From NCBI GenBank assembly GCA_037447605.1, contig CM074806.1, forward strand, positions 186,001-250,000: DNA of 64,000 bases, written 5' to 3'. The notes under the pieces are model-generated. The model saw nothing but the letters and a program-made list of their open reading frames with translations, did not search any database and had not been told where the DNA came from. The DNA is from Zygnema circumcarinatum SAG 698-1b (lineage: Eukaryota > Plantae > Zygnematophyceae). The position numbers and the translations under genes are program-made. This document shows positions 1-14,500 of the stretch, in pieces. How positions within the stretch are numbered: position 1 is the stretch's first letter; each line of letters begins with the position of its first letter.

Positions 1-8
1 AAACATTC

Positions 9-565
9 CTGCACAAAAAAGTGAATGTCTGTGAGCGCGTATGGTACAGGCCGGAATAAGGCAGATAGGAACTGGAGAAAGGAGGGAAAGGAAAGATGGT
101 CGACACCGTCGCACACACAATATTCAGGAAATAATCTTTAAGCAACAAATTCCACGTTTTTTTAACAAGAGTAGAATCCCAAACTGATCAAAAAACACGC
201 ATCCGACAGAGATGGATTTCCTTTGAAATGAATGGTTTCAAGCAATCATGCTGCATGCAACTCATAAGAGCAAGGAGCAACACGATAATATTCTTGTTAT
301 TAGTAAAGTACCACATCCTGTATCCTTTCACAAACAAGAAACAGATTTGCAGTTTGGACCCAGTCAAATTTCCAGTTATCAAGCAATTTGACCCGGTAAC
401 CCCTACCTGCACAAGAAACAGACACGTGCCTGCTCAGCGAGAGATGAATCTTCCAATAATACGCATCATCTTCATGCTTCCTTCCTTCCTTCCGTCGCCT
501 ACCTCTCTATTAGCAGCAGGACTCCCAAGCAGCAACTTCAGCCAAGCCCTGCGGACTGTCTCCAT
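9..565 (-). other. Possible 5' end of a minus-strand gene running off the left edge (product unknown)
   Basis: ATG at 565 followed by METVRRAWLKLLLGSPAANRE and a GAG|GTAGGC donor at 503/502. TGCAG acceptor-like sites at 407 and ~9. G-box-rich promoter-like block at 620-960. No recognisable homology, so these could be UTR exons. Confidence 0.25.
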
Positions 566-619
566 TGAGGGAGCTTGCGACGGCAATGGCCAATAAAAGC
601 TTGCCAGCTAAACATTCTT

Positions 620-960
620 GTCCGACGTGGCGAGCTCTGATTGATCATACTTCACAAAAGCACTGTTTCCCTCGATGGATTGAGTCCAGAAGCCGTCAAC
701 GACACCCTTAAATTGTTTTTATTCTGACCGAAATGTTTATTGCCTGCCCGAACCGTTTTCAAAGAAGGAATCTTCACCTGCCCGTGCAAGATAAATTTTC
801 TCATGTCTGGTCCCCCTGAAGCGGTGGCCGACGGATCTCCCATTTCTCCGGGGCCTCGCGCTCTCTGAACTCGCCACGTGGCAGGAAGATAAGCCGAGTG
901 CGACGTGGCGCCCTTCACGTTTCCAGGCTGTAACAGCCGATGGAAGCGCGACACGTGTTC
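620..960. promoter_or_regulatory. G-box/ACGT-element cluster, putative promoter
   Basis: CGACGTGGCG (~623 and ~901), GCCACGTGGC (~873) and GACACGTGTT (~949) in a GC-rich intergenic block. Confidence 0.45.
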
Positions 961-1854
961 CATCAAACACGATTCCTATGTAGGAATCCGCGTTGTTTGT
1001 CTTTTGTGAGATGTTCCATGTTCTAGATTCCGTAGTTGGTAACACGGTTGGAGAATTTCACATCGATATATTCCGATACAAAAAACATCGATATTGGCAA
1101 ACACGATATGAACATCGGTACGGTATTTCTAATGCAGATATCGTGTAGATATATCGCTGAAACTGGAAAGCTTGAACCACTTTCAGGCCGAAGTGCCACA
1201 GTGCTTTTACAACCTTCTGTATTCAGAGTTTCAGCAAGGTCAACCTACAAAAGACCAGCTTTCTATAAAAGAAATTAATAAATAAAGAACTGTGAATCAC
1301 GGAGGGCCCTTCCCTATATACCTGCACCCCTTCCTTTCCCTGCACATTGCACTTGCTATTATGGTGCTAAATGCTTCACAGACCTTTATTCACACAACCC
1401 TCTTTCACTATTCTGATTCTGACTCTTCGGGGCCATAAACTTACTGAGCAGAAACAGCAGCCCACAGGTGGATTGGACTGCCCTAAAGTTTGCAGCAACC
1501 CTTATTTAGATTCTCCTGAAGCTTATGACTTCTCCTCCCCATCACTACACGAATCCCATGCCTTACTGCTCAAACCCAAACCTGCAACAAACAGGTGACT
1601 ATCCATTGGTACTCTAACAGGGTATTTCAGTAGTGAGCTAAAATCTCGAGACCCTAACGTGGCAGAAACCCTTGCCATTCTAATCTTTACAATAGTTACG
1701 AATCCTCGAGACTTCAATGTTCACAAATCATCATCAAAGAGAGGAGCCGCACACTTCCGATCTTCTGTCAGAGATATCTCGCATCTCCATCCGTCATACA
1801 ACATTTTTGCAGAAATTGTCGCCCAGTTGAAAGTGAATGCGACAGCCAGAAACA

Positions 1855-4816
1855 TTACGCAAGAAACTCCTTGAAGGTGTACGACTTCATCTTCAAGTCT
1901 TCAGGGATTTTTCTTTCGCTGAAGCAGTAACAGCAGAGGTCGAACTTTCCCTGCACTTCTCGGTATCGCGGTCCCACAATTGTGTAGCTGCACACAGCAC
2001 AGATATGCTTTGCATGGCGGATGCGATCATATGTCTCCAATTTCTCAACAGTCGACAAAATTGGCAATTCCTGCAAAAACAACCGCAACATCAATGAGCC
2101 ACTTTACGACACAATGACAAAGACTCCTTACCTGGATGACTCCTTAAACTTCTCTCCAAGATCTGGCCTGAAGTAATCCATAGACTCAAGGCAAAATTCC
2201 AATCAGTGAGCACGCAATACTATAGACATTACACGAAACTTATAGCCTTAGGCAATCTCCGCTCTCAGAAATTCTTACCTTGTCAATATGGTCATAAAAC
2301 TCTTGCTGGGAAAACAGACCTCCGACAGGCCTAGCAGGCACAGAGGGTGGATTAAATCCGGCCAGAAAGACTGCCTGCAGGAGTTCAGCAAAGGCTTCTG
2401 TCTCCCCTCTAGAAATGCCATCAGAATCTCCACTTCTACGTCCCATCAGAGCAGCAAATGCAATGTTCTTCCGCTCATCCCGCGTTCCGGAACATGCCAA
2501 CACAATAGTTGCGGCAAAAAGTCCTGAATCGACATTCCCGTTGTTCTCGAGCTTCGATATAACCTTTTCATTTAAGGCTCTCATTGCCTCCTGAAACGTT
2601 TCGGGTTCCAAAAAGTTAAGAAGGCGTCGGACAAGGACCTCCAAAGCCGCCTTGCGGATGCTCCTTTCCTTCCCTCCATCACTTGATTTGGATGCAGAGA
2701 AAACATCATGCACCCTTTGCACACTGCATCGACTCAATCTTGTCGATTTCTGCCAGGTACAGAGAACGGTACGAACAGTCAAACCATCAGGATCAATGAA
2801 CTCAAGCAAAATGCAAAATGTTTCAATTTGACAAATCTGCTGAAATCATCAACTGGCGGCCATTACTTTTACTCTTCAGCATGTGCCTTCGTGCAGTATC
2901 TTGATGCTCCTAAAGGAGCAATTGCTTACTTGGAAAGCTCGAATCTCAAGGGCGGTCAACAACTCCGCTGGTGAAGTCGATTTATCATCAGCCATTTGGA
3001 TCAAGTTCTCCTCCACCACAATGCTTTTAACAGCTCCAAAATTATGGATCTCTTCCCCAGGTATTGTATCAGGTCGAGCTTCCGCTGTGGAAGGTGATTT
3101 TTTCTTCTTCTTCAACACACGTTTCAGCTGTCTCAAAGCATCATAGAGCTCTACTCTGTTGGTCATCTTCAGAGCCTGCTGTAAGCTTTTCTCCGCTTCC
3201 GCTTCTTTCCCGCATCCTATCAGCGATACCGCCTTGTTGAGCTCAGCCTTCCATGAAGTGGGCTCCAATTTCAAAACATCTTTATACGTTTCAACTGCGG
3301 CCTCAAACATGCTCAGACTCCTATACAGCCCGCCGAGATTATATAATGCCTGCACGTGGTTCGGATCGAGTCGAATGGCATGTTCAAACTCCTGCCGTGC
3401 TCGAGTCTCGTTTCCCGCTGCCAGCAACGTAGTGCCCAGATCGCAATGCGCATCCGCATAGTCGGGGTTCAAACAAAGAGAATGTTCCAAAGCTTCGACT
3501 GCCGCAGTATTGTTGCCAAGGGCATACAACGCACTTCCGAGGAGCTTCAAATTACGATGATGTTGGGGATTAAGAATGGCAGCCTGACGATAATGTTCAC
3601 ACGCATTCATCAACATGCCGTCCGCCTCAAGCACGATTCCTAAGTTAACGTGAACCTACTCACCCAGCACAACCTCGGTTAGAACCTCGACCTTTAATTA
3701 GTCTTTCACTTAGTTGTGAATCTAAACTCCTAGACAAATTCTAGAAGTCTGACTAAAAGAAAAAAGCCCGCAATTGTTTGAAAACAAACCGCTGAGTGTA
3801 CTCTGCTCCATTACTCTACTCTACTCTACTACTCTACTCTACTCTGTACCCTCGTTGATATTGCCATTATCGCCTCGCCTTATATAGCGTGGAGGCAGTT
3901 ATGCTGACATCAGAACACACATGGCGAGCGAGAGGGAGAAAGAAATGGAGAGAGAGAGAAAGAGAGGAAGGGAGAGAGAGAGAGTAGTCTAGTGAGTGTG
4001 AAGGTCTAGTCTAACCTGGGGCAGAATGGCACTGTTAGCCTTCGGGTCAGCCTTTGAATTGTCAAGCGCCACTTCAAACTCCTTTTTCGCTTCCTTGAAT
4101 TTTCCCAAAGAGTATAGAACACTTCCGCATAAAAAACGTCCCCGAACATCCTTTTCACGGAAGTGAACAGCTCTTTCCAAGCTGAGAAGCGCCTCTTTGA
4201 GCAGAGTCTTGCTCATCAGCATCCTTCCTACATACATATGCGCTTCAAAAGCCGCATCTGGAGGTTCCATGTCCACCTTCTCTCGCAGTTGTGTGAGCTC
4301 CGTTGTCAGCTTTAAGGACGGTTCCAGCACCTTTGCATCTCCCCAGCTCAACTTCTCATGCCGCTTCAAAATCAGTTCCAAATCAAAGAGATATGTCTGC
4401 GTGCTTTCATGGACGTATTTTGGTAAAATCTCCAGCGGGATGTGCTCGTCGTCAGGTCCGTCATCCACCTCGAGCGCTCCCTCTTCCTCCTCGGGACTGA
4501 AAGCTAACCCTAAAGCTGCGAAGTCTCTGTCTACATCACCTGCGCCGTCGTCATAGGTTCTGCGAAGCCCTTCCAAGCTCAGACCTGCTTCAGGATCAAT
4601 GAACTCGCGGTATGTTCTGAATACTTCGTCCAAGATTGAAAGTATTTGGTCGTCGCTGAAGCGGACGCGAGGATTCACCGCCACCACAAGAGCCGCCATT
4701 TCATCCTTGCTGAGTCTGCCATCGCCATTGCTATCAAAGCGTTCAAATATCATCTGAATCTTCTTGTTTCGCAAAAAGTCAGCTTCTGGAGACTCGTTAT
4801 CTGCAGGGAGTCCCAT
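1855..4816 (-). CDS. Calcium-binding EF-hand + TPR + C-terminal ZZ-type zinc-finger protein (At1g05150/At2g32450 family)
   Basis: Four exons (4816-4016, 3655-2930, 2749-2279, 2070-1855), all GT-AG and phase 0. EF-hand IFERFDSNGDGRLSKDEMAALVVAVNPRVRFSDDQI, family motif TYDDGAGDVDRDF, TPRs (YADAHCDLG, HVQALYNLGGLY) and CAVCSY...CCYC finger. Confidence 0.93.
3812..3845. repeat. (ACTCT)n pentanucleotide microsatellite in intron 1 of the TPR gene
   Basis: About 6 tandem ACTCT units read directly. Confidence 0.85.
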
Positions 4817-5366
4817 TCTGGCTGCGCTGAATAAAGAGCGTCGAATGCGGAGGGGACGAGAGAAAGAATTGAGAGAGAAATACACGAAGGGTTACAATCG
4901 ATCTTGAGTCCAAAGAAGAAGCTGCTGCTGCCTCACTCAATCACACCCCTTACTTAAAAAGCTCTCAGAACTGATTTGAAATACATAGAGGCGCAAGAGC
5001 GGGGACGCGAAGGAACGGTCGGACGAACGATAGAAAGAGAAGGCGGAGGCCTAGAGAGAGGGAGACGGAGAGGGAGTGGAGACCATGGTTGACCTGACTG
5101 ACAGGCAGCGGTCGTCCCTGCAGCACGCAGCCACTGTCAGACCGAGACCTGGTCCTGCCTCTCCGGCTCCATGTGCGAAATTCGATGGCACTTAGAGATA
5201 ATGCATCTCGACAGAACTGCTTCACATAGATCCCTCGAATTCACTGACTCTCGCCGATGGTTGCAGCCATGCGCACACAACACCGACCTGTAGCCCCACA
5301 TTGGCTGCTTATAGAGCCGTGTTGTTGTTTGAGTTCCATGGCTCATGGCTCTTTAGGAAAAGGAAA

Positions 5367-5530
5367 AGCCATTGATCTCACGATGGCGAGGCCATCACAT
5401 GTACATGGACAAAATCATCTCGGGGAACCACGAGGAACTGGTCGTAAAGGACCTCGGGAAAGAAATAAGCTAGGAGCGCAAAGCTACGCCTAGGCTCAAC
5501 ACCGCTTCTAGCCCTCCGTCGAAGCAGCCG
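5367..5530 (+). repeat. Dispersed repeat family, copy 1 (core GCATTGATCTCACGATGG...GGGAACCACGAGGAAYTGGTCGCAAAGGACC)
   Basis: Aligns by eye with copies at ~18228 (+), ~29960-30040 (-), ~37280-37466 (-), ~48635 (+) and a diverged one at ~48930-49080 (-). Confidence 0.8.
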
Positions 5531-6719
5531 CGAAGGTCGCCGATCGATGTGCGGCACATAACATCGGGCGGAGGGAGCTCTTTTCTCTCGTCCTTTATCT
5601 TTTATGAGCGGTTCGCATTTCATTCTGGTTTTATCTTTGTCAATGTGTATTTGAGTCATGGTGAGATCGATGAAAATTCACTCATTCGTTTCGTCTATGT
5701 AGTGTAGCACAACAACGTGCAGCCACTTCCCGGTACTCCCGTGAACTCGGACAGGACCTTGTTGAACATCCATTGCCGGTTGCTCCAAACACTCTTTGGT
5801 TCACAAGAAACAGTTTTGTACATCGATGTGCTTACAGTGGTCGATATTATCGTCTTTGTAAATTCACAAATCGGACAAATCACAAACGGTCAACGATTTT
5901 AAATTCTCCACTGCCTTAGTGAATACATGAACACCAGCCTGATGGGGCAGGTTCGTTTCAGGCTTGATTTCTGAGATCCGCGGTTGGCAGTTTGGGTGCA
6001 AACTTGACCGAGTCAGGATTGCACCCAAACCTCCGGATTGCCAAGTACCAGAAGGCATTGAACATGAGAACCGCCAGTAGACAGTTTGCTCAAATTTGAT
6101 TGTATGGACAATGAGATTGGATCCACGTTGCAGATGGCTCGCACAGCTCTATACGGTTGTGATTGACACATAGAAGATGCAGCATTGGCGTAGTCTTTGA
6201 CACCGACCGCAATGGACCTCATCAAACAACCACAGACTACAGAAAGCCAGACAAAGCAGAGAGCCAAAATTCGAATTACTTGAAACGGACATATGGACCC
6301 GTATTCCTTTAGACAAGTCCTATCACAATGAAAGCAATTGCGGTAAACTATTGCCACATAGCGGGGGAGCTGTACTTCATAACAAGGTTTGGGTCAGAAC
6401 AAGTACCGTGGTCCGCAGTCCGCCAATCATAGCCAAATGAAGATACCGCAAGATAAGTTTGAGGTCTACATGAAGATATGTCGGCGCCCACATACACTTG
6501 CGTCATCTGAATTTTGAAGGCAATCGAGCAGTTCTCGCTAAAAAAAATGCAACTGCATTTAATGTGCATTTGATTTGTTGGATTTGATGTAATCCTAACA
6601 ACAACAAAAATCATTCTTTAGCTTCTCCCTACTTGTTGTCCACCTGAAAAACCATGCTTGTTTTCACAAAATCCAAACTTGAGCGATTCATACACTTCTA
6701 ACTTCGCATAACAAGCCAA

Positions 6720-7020
6720 CACAACTCAAACCACCCCCATTCCATTCCCCCCACCTCCATCCCCCATCCCCCATCCTCAACGACTTCTGCAACCCCCACC
6801 CCCGTCTCCCAACCCCCATCATCCATCCTTAACTCCGCCCAAATCCCATCCCCATTCCCATTCCCATATACCACCCCCATCCCCATCCCCATCCCCCATT
6901 TTCCAACCCCAACTCCACCCCCACCCTCATACCCACCCCCCATCCTCCATCCCCATTGCCCCCATTACCTCCTCATCATCGCCCCGTTTCCCATCCTCCA
7001 CCCCCATCCCCATCCCAACT
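6720..7020. repeat. C-rich low-complexity tract with CCCCAT units
   Basis: Many CCCCAT/CCCCAC hexamers. The Gly-rich ORF on the minus strand is a composition artefact. Confidence 0.8.
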
Positions 7021-8004
7021 TTCTTCGCACAGTCTTCACATCGTCCATGTCTTCAGCGCGAGTCCTATTCCACATTATACATACACAGCATCCCCACGGC
7101 CGCATCCATTTCCTGGTCTTCAATCTGCACCACGGCTAGTCCTAACCGCTTAAAGAAGCAAGAACAACCTTGCCATCTCTCCTCTCTCAGCTGTTTTTCC
7201 CTGCGCAATTGGCAACTGAACTAGTACATATATCTGCTTTCCTGCACCTGCACTCGAGCCTGCACCTGCACCTGCAGAAACAGCCATACCCTGCAAACGG
7301 GTCCACGATGCAAGGTGATGCCAAGGGCCTGCGATCTGCCTCTGCCATGGCAGGCAGGTCAGAGTTAGAGTAAAATTTCCATCCCAGCGTCAGAGAGCAG
7401 TGCATGGCTTGTTGGAGCGAAAATCCGAAGCCGCCCGTCGCCCTGCACTGCTGCAGACGAGCCAACACATGAGGCCTTCACACTCTCCTCCTTCCATGAA
7501 TCGCTGTCGCGCCGAAAACCTGTACAATGCAGCGAATACACTTCCAAAGGTTTCAAGGTCATCCACATGCATGTCTCTGAACTCCACAGAGTCAGAACAC
7601 CTGCAGCCAACACACACACGCTGTCCGCACCTGCATGGCCACACAACACAAGTTTCACTCCAAGACACGATAGTACCTGCAACCTGCACAGCACTGCAAA
7701 CCCGGTGAGCAAAAAGCTCCAAAGTGGATTCGCTTTATTTGGCCAAATGGTTGCACTCACCACTTGCTACCTTCAGCAATGTTTGTCTTGGACGAACCAG
7801 ATACGGTCACCCCTTTCCAGACAACCAACCCAAAGTCACGGTACACATGCAGGCAACCGGATGCGTTGTGCAGCGCCCCATACCAATCACCGTTCACCAT
7901 GACTGAACGCAATATCAAATTTGAGACGCACACTCATCTCTTGTATCTTGTTAGGGAGTTCAAGAAAGGAATCGAGAACCAACCGTAATCCATTATTTAA
8001 TGGC

Positions 8005-9881
8005 TTAGTAGGCCTGATGCATTGGCGGTGGAAGGGGCAACTTTTCAGGCGCTGCATCACCGTTCCGATGTTGCCTGTCCCGTTCCTCTCGTTCCCTGTT
8101 CCACTGCTCAATTTTCGCACGTCGTTCGGCACTGCCTTCACGCACGGAGCTTCTTTCCCTGCGTCTGTCTGGACTATAACTTCTGCTTCGTTCTCTTCTT
8201 CCTCTGCCATCTCTGTAATCGTCATGATCACGATATCGACCACCCCGTCCACCTCGCTCATCATATCGTCCATACCCCCGCCCGCTGCGACCAGCATAAC
8301 CTCTCCCACCTCTGTAGCCACGGTCATCCCCCCTCCTATCGTAATCATGCACAGGGCTCAGACTGCGGCTCCTGCTCCGGCGCTTGTCTCCAAAAAGCTT
8401 CCGTCGCAAATCCCTGTAATACAGATCCCACGGTTATTGACCAACCTAGCAAATACAATGGAACATTCTGCAACTTTCCCCCACAAGCAGTCATCATCAA
8501 TGGAATTCCCAACCTTCCGCCAGAGCAAAACAAATTCACTAATCACATTGGCGTCACAGAAACAAAAATGCAAACAACGGTTTATTTACAATGTACTACC
8601 CTATACCCTCATCACGCCAAGCACGTGCGACTGACCTGCTTATCTTTCTCAAATGCATGAAGTTGCAGTAACCACCACGATTGCACGTCTGCTCCTCATA
8701 CTGGCGGCAGGTAGCTTCACGGAAGTCCGTAACTGGCGAGAAGTCTGCGATAATTGGTCGGCCTGCCAGAACAGAAGCGCCCAGTGAATCCGCTGACATG
8801 ATAAAACACAGTAACTATATGTGCTTCTTAAAAAATATGACGTGCCACCAAAGGATATGAACTAAAAGATCAGAAAAACCTCCGCTACGATTGAAACTTA
8901 CCGGCATAGAAACGGCCAGTTAATGCTCGTAAAGCTTCAGCGGCTTGCTCTTCCTCCTTAAAGTTGACATAGACATTGCCAACCTGCAATTGGAGAAGAA
9001 TCACAGCAATTACACCGTAAGGTCCAGACATCTAGTTCTCCAGAAAAGCTCTCAGATCATGGCATCGAAAAGGACTTTGTACGTAACCCTAATTGGCCTG
9101 ACAGAACTTTAGGGCGCTGGGCTACTAAAACCAAGCCAATGCTTCCGTCAAACACGTCATACTATTTCCAGATATTTTTATAATCCAAGACGTCTGGCTG
9201 GTACAATAAACGTGTAATACAACTGCAAATGCTTCACTTCGCAAAGTACAACGCACCATGTGATCAGCGAGGTTGTCACACACGTTCAGGCTATCGATTT
9301 TCCCATATCGACTTAGCTCCTCAAACAGGTCCTCGTAGAAGTCCTCAAAATGCTCTTGCACTTTTCTCGGGTCCATCTGCTGCGCAGCTTGTTCAGTTCC
9401 AGGAGCAGCCATGTCAGGCCTTTGATACATGTTGGATAACAGTATTGTTGGAGAAATAGTTGGCCTGCATCAAGTCAACCTCCCCAATAAACGTAATTAA
9501 GACAATTGTCCACTTCAATCGATTCATAATCCTCGTGCAACGAAACAATAAAACAAGCCTTTTAACATGAACCCGCTCCAGTCGATGTCGGAACGGACTC
9601 AGGTCGACCTCAAGAAGGTTTATTCTCATGAACTTGCCATCTCAAGGGTAAGCAGATAAACACTTCCCTTACTTTGCGGCAAGCGCAAACATCTCATGAC
9701 TGCATCTGATCAGTCACACCAAGAGGATCCAGCTCCAGCTCTGTTACATGGAAGAAAGACTCTACCTGTTATGCAGCCGCGAGCATCGGTCTCCATGCCG
9801 ACACGCCCCTATTTTAAAGTAAAACGGACAATTCACTCGATCCTTTTCCGTGCCAAAAATCGACGCCAAATGTTCAGCCAT
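8005..9881 (-). CDS. U2AF35: Splicing factor U2AF small subunit (U2AF35/U2AF1)
   Basis: Exons 9881-9766, 9464-9257, 8983-8902, 8762-8636, 8413-8005. [42 protein letters not shown] ([18 protein letters not shown]), second CCCH finger ([19 protein letters not shown]) and RS/RGG tail. Confidence 0.97.
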
Positions 9882-11517
9882 CTTACTCTTCTACCCTCTC
9901 CTTCCCCTTACACACCACCCCACGTCGCTTGGTGCTGTTGTTTCTCCTCTCAGCCTGCAGCAAGGTGACACACCACAAGGCCCTTCTTCTCCCTCCGCTC
10001 TCTCTACGCCTCCTCCAGTCTATCCAGCGCCTCTTCGGCCCCACAGATAACAAGGAATCGAGCAGCAACAATCCCTGCTCCGCCAAGGCCGCCTTCCTCC
10101 TGCCTCCTCACTTTCACACTTTTTCACCCTTTTCGCAGTGAAGAACATAAGCAAGAGATGCAGGCGGTATCCCTGCCACTATGGCTTTACAGGTGAAGCC
10201 CCAAAGAATTACTGTAGCAGTAGCTGTCCTTTCCAGAAGCTTCCCTACCGCCTTCGCGGCCGCCCGAATTGGCGATGCTTTCGATATGCTCAATACAGAT
10301 ATATCGATTCATCGAGGACACGATGATTGTAGATATTTGCGATACGATACGAAACACGATATGTACGATACTATATTTATGTGTGAGGCCATTCATTGGT
10401 TGCTGCTTCCGTGCGCGAGGGAGGAAGAGGCACTGCGGATCGGTGCGGGTGGTGGTGGTGGCCTGGTGGGGGCTGCTGGCGAGGGCGACAAGGGCACGCC
10501 AGAGAGAGGCAGGCAGGCAGGCTGCTACCGAATATGAAGTTTTGGGTTCCAATCCGTTGAAAATGTCACTACAGGGTCGCGTACTCGAAAGCCGTTTCGG
10601 ACAAATTCTGATGCCACCTGCGAGCGCCGACGCGTTAGCTCATTTCATTTGTAGCAGGAACTCGGCAACGGCATGGCGGAAAGTTGAGGCTGGAAGGGAA
10701 TTTCCTGTCTCCGAGGTTCTTGAAGGAACTAGCGTCGCAACGGCGCAACTCTTGAGCTTCAGCACGGAACTACAGCTTCCTTTGAAGAAATGAATATGCA
10801 ATATGAAAGAAAAGTTACTTGTACGAAAGATGCCAATGCTTGCTTGCCAATGCAAGCAAGCATTCATGAGCATCACTTCGCAGACCGGAAAGGCGCCATT
10901 CGTTCGACAATGTTCAGGCAATATATCGCTGGTCTTCGGTCGTTCTGACAATAGAATGTAGGAGGACGATGTGTGCATTTTTGTTAACAACTGACAAAGG
11001 TGTGTCTATACTATGGGCAGGGAGATAGGTCTTAAACGTTGCAAAAATGCTGCTAAAAAATGCCTTCAGAATGTCGCACTTCCCTGCACTTGGATCAAAT
11101 TTAACGGAATATACATTGCTTTTCAAGGACAACAAAACACATAAAAGGACGCATCACATGACACAGGGCCATTACGGGCGCCTTTCAGAATAAAACCATG
11201 CCAACAGAACGAAATTTACTTTACAGCAATGTTCTGCACAAGCGCCTTTAGAAGCAGGCATTGTACCCTCGAGCCTCTCCCAAAGGTGAAGGAAAAACTC
11301 GGAAGGCCCTGGTAAGCCCAAACAGCATGGCTGCAAAAAAAGGAAGAAAAGTAGAAAAAGGAAAAGATACCGCACGAAGTTGCCTGAACCTCCTGCTGCT
11401 GACATGGCACTTCTGCTGCTGATGTGGCTCTCCCTCAAACATGGCCATTCGCTTTCCAATTGTTAAGTAATCATGGATTGGATGCATTCCTCTCCACATA
11501 GAATGGGAGCCGCCTCC

Positions 11518-14500
11518 TTACTGGAGCCTGTCCACAATCTCATCCGTAGTCACTCCAATAATGTCATTGGCGTTCTTAAGGGACTGGTGCGTGTATTGCC
11601 CCGAGCCGCTCTGCAACTCCACAGGAAATTGACGTTAAAAAACCCAGGAAGTTCAGGAAGACAATTTGAATGGCAGCACCGCACAAAGGGAGAGAGCGGG
11701 GGAGATTGCATAAGATGGGTCGAGGCCCTATCTTCTCATACGAACTAACTAACGCACCCTAAAATTTGTGACTATCAACTTTCAAGTTCCCTCCTTGTCG
11801 CAGGGGCTCCAAGCATAGCCATAGATACTCAACTCAACTGACTGAAGGGTCTGGAAGGGGCGGACCCTGGCAGCTCCAAGGTCAATCATGACTTAGGGGA
11901 TGGTGAATCTGTCAAGTTACCTTAGTGACAATCGCAAGCTTCTGCAGCTTCTGGATGGCATCCTCAACATCGAAATCAAGCTCCTCCTTAAATTCTTCTA
12001 GCAGGAGATCCTCACACCTCTGATCAAGCTCCTGCATCCCAGAATTCATGTCCAGCCATGGCTTGGCATGCGAAGAATACGCAAATCCCTACATGCGAGT
12101 AAGAAAGGGCTAACACCCCCACGCGCAGAGTCAGCTTTCAGAAATGTACCTCCTTTGACGCCTTGCCCTGCGTCATCAGAACGAAATAAGCCACAATCAC
12201 CTCCTTCACCTGCAAGGAGAGACACAAGCCCCACAAAGCTAAACTTTCATTGGTTCTAACCACAACCGTCCATATCGCCGAAGCCATGATATTCCAAACG
12301 GCATATGCGATCAAAAGAAAGACCTTAGGTTTGAGCCTCAACACACACGAGCATATACATATGGTCAGCAATTGCACGACAAAGCAAGACTGAAACAGTA
12401 CAACTTCAGCATGCCGCATAAATTGATGGACTGGTAGCTGCCCATGGGAGGCGAATTTCCAAGATTGAAACTCGAAGAAATATCAAACACTTCGTCTGAA
12501 CATTCATGAAGTCTCTCAAGCAAAAACCCTGAGGCACATGGTCACAGGATCTAATCGCAACCAATCGTAGCAAACCGAAACATGTTCTGGAGAATGTAGC
12601 TCATGAAACCTCTGCGGCAGAGCAAGGAGCCGAAGGGACACCTCACCCCGAATCCAAGATGAATAACCTTCTCTCACCTCCTGCTGGATAACATCATGTG
12701 ATAAGTGCAGAAGCGTCCCTCGTCCACTATCCAACGACTTGTTATACATGCTTTGCGTGATAAGGCTGTTGTACTTCGCCATAGATGCCTGCCACCTGAG
12801 AGAATCACATTGAGAGAACTGACTGTCAGCTGATGATCCCTTGAATGAAGAAAACAACAACAAAAAATCCGACTTTTTTTGAGGCAAGAAATTAGTATAT
12901 AGAACGTCTACAAAAGTGTAAAATGAGCACTATATGGGATTCATCAAATGACAAATGATATGGGGAATATGGTCTCAAATGATAGGAGACTTACGCGAAG
13001 TAGACTCTGGAAAAGTAGCCCGCAAAAGCAACAGCAAAGGTCGCAACAATAGCGAGACTTAGCTCTGCCTTCAAAGAGGCAAACACTGCATACTGCACAA
13101 CACCAAATGCAAGAAGAGGCCACAAGTTTATAGATATTTGTATTCCGACCAGTTTTCAGAGAAGCATGCGAATCGCGGGAACCTAGATTCTGCTTGATTC
13201 TTTTACTTACTTAAAAAATCATTGGATTCATTGGATTCAGCCATTACAAACTCCTCTGTTTGTCTTACGGGTGTTTGCTGCTATCAGCCCCCAGCAGAAA
13301 ACGTAGCGGAATATATATTTCTAATACAACACAAGGACTGTCAGACTCCCTGAGCAAAAGTGAATCTGCATTGAAGAGTATCACAAAAAGGTCAAGTGAA
13401 GTGAAAACCGCATGCTGCACCAAGTTAGCAATTCCATGAAAAGTACGACCTCCATGAGTAGATGGTTCTGGAGAACTTACAAAGCCGCCAACAGCGGTTA
13501 TGAGGAATCTCAGCCAATCCTGTGGCGCCAGGCTTGGGGTCTTCTTTTCCGGCTGTGGCGGCAACCCCAATAACAGTACATGGTCATTCTCTTGAAAATC
13601 ACCGGTTAGCATCAATGTTACACAAGGCCAAGAATACAGTCTGCTATGAAAGGCGTTATCCGCGTATACCGATTTCCCATTCACAAGGTAACACTTACCA
13701 GCACAACCTCCATATCAGCCATTGGAATATTGTGGAAATGTTTGACGGTGATATTGCGATCTCCAAGTTCAGAACCAAAGCCTGGAGGCGTCGCTTTCCT
13801 GTGACAGCAAAAGAAGAGCAGAATGTAAGCACACGTGCCTGCCTAACCAAACAAAATAAAAAATTCCAATAATATTGAATCAATCGATGAAAACAAGCCA
13901 ATTAAAAAGCTGCCCTTGTCTTCACCTTGTTATCCAGCATCAAGATTTTTGGAATCAATACTAGGTTCGTAACACACCAGCTCATTGGAAAGAATAAAAA
14001 AAAATATGCGCGAGTATATGCACAACTTACCTGTACACCACAATAATATGATCGAAAGTTGGCTCCTGAAGAGTCACTTTGCCAAAAAGCTTCCGCAGGC
14101 TTCAGAGCACAATCAAAGGAGAAGACAACAATTGATGAAACGGTAATTTAGTGCAACTAATCTTAGGATTGATTTGCCAATAAAATCCATGAACATCAAG
14201 CTGCACGCCAAAATAGTACAACTCGAGTCCTCACGAGTTTAAAGCAACAGGAAACACGCAAGCAAGTCAAAGACAACTACGCAACAACAGATAGCTCATC
14301 GCTGCAGGTAAAGCTTCTCATCTCCCTTACAAACACCAACGCCAAACACATCCAACACTGGACTTCAAAAATGGAACACCTCATACAACTGAAATTACAC
14401 ATCGTGCACAGTCAACATTCTGTCAAACAAACAAGCACACTGCAATGTCTCTCCCCCCTTCCCCAGCCGCGGAACATACCTGAATTCCATGGATTCAAGG

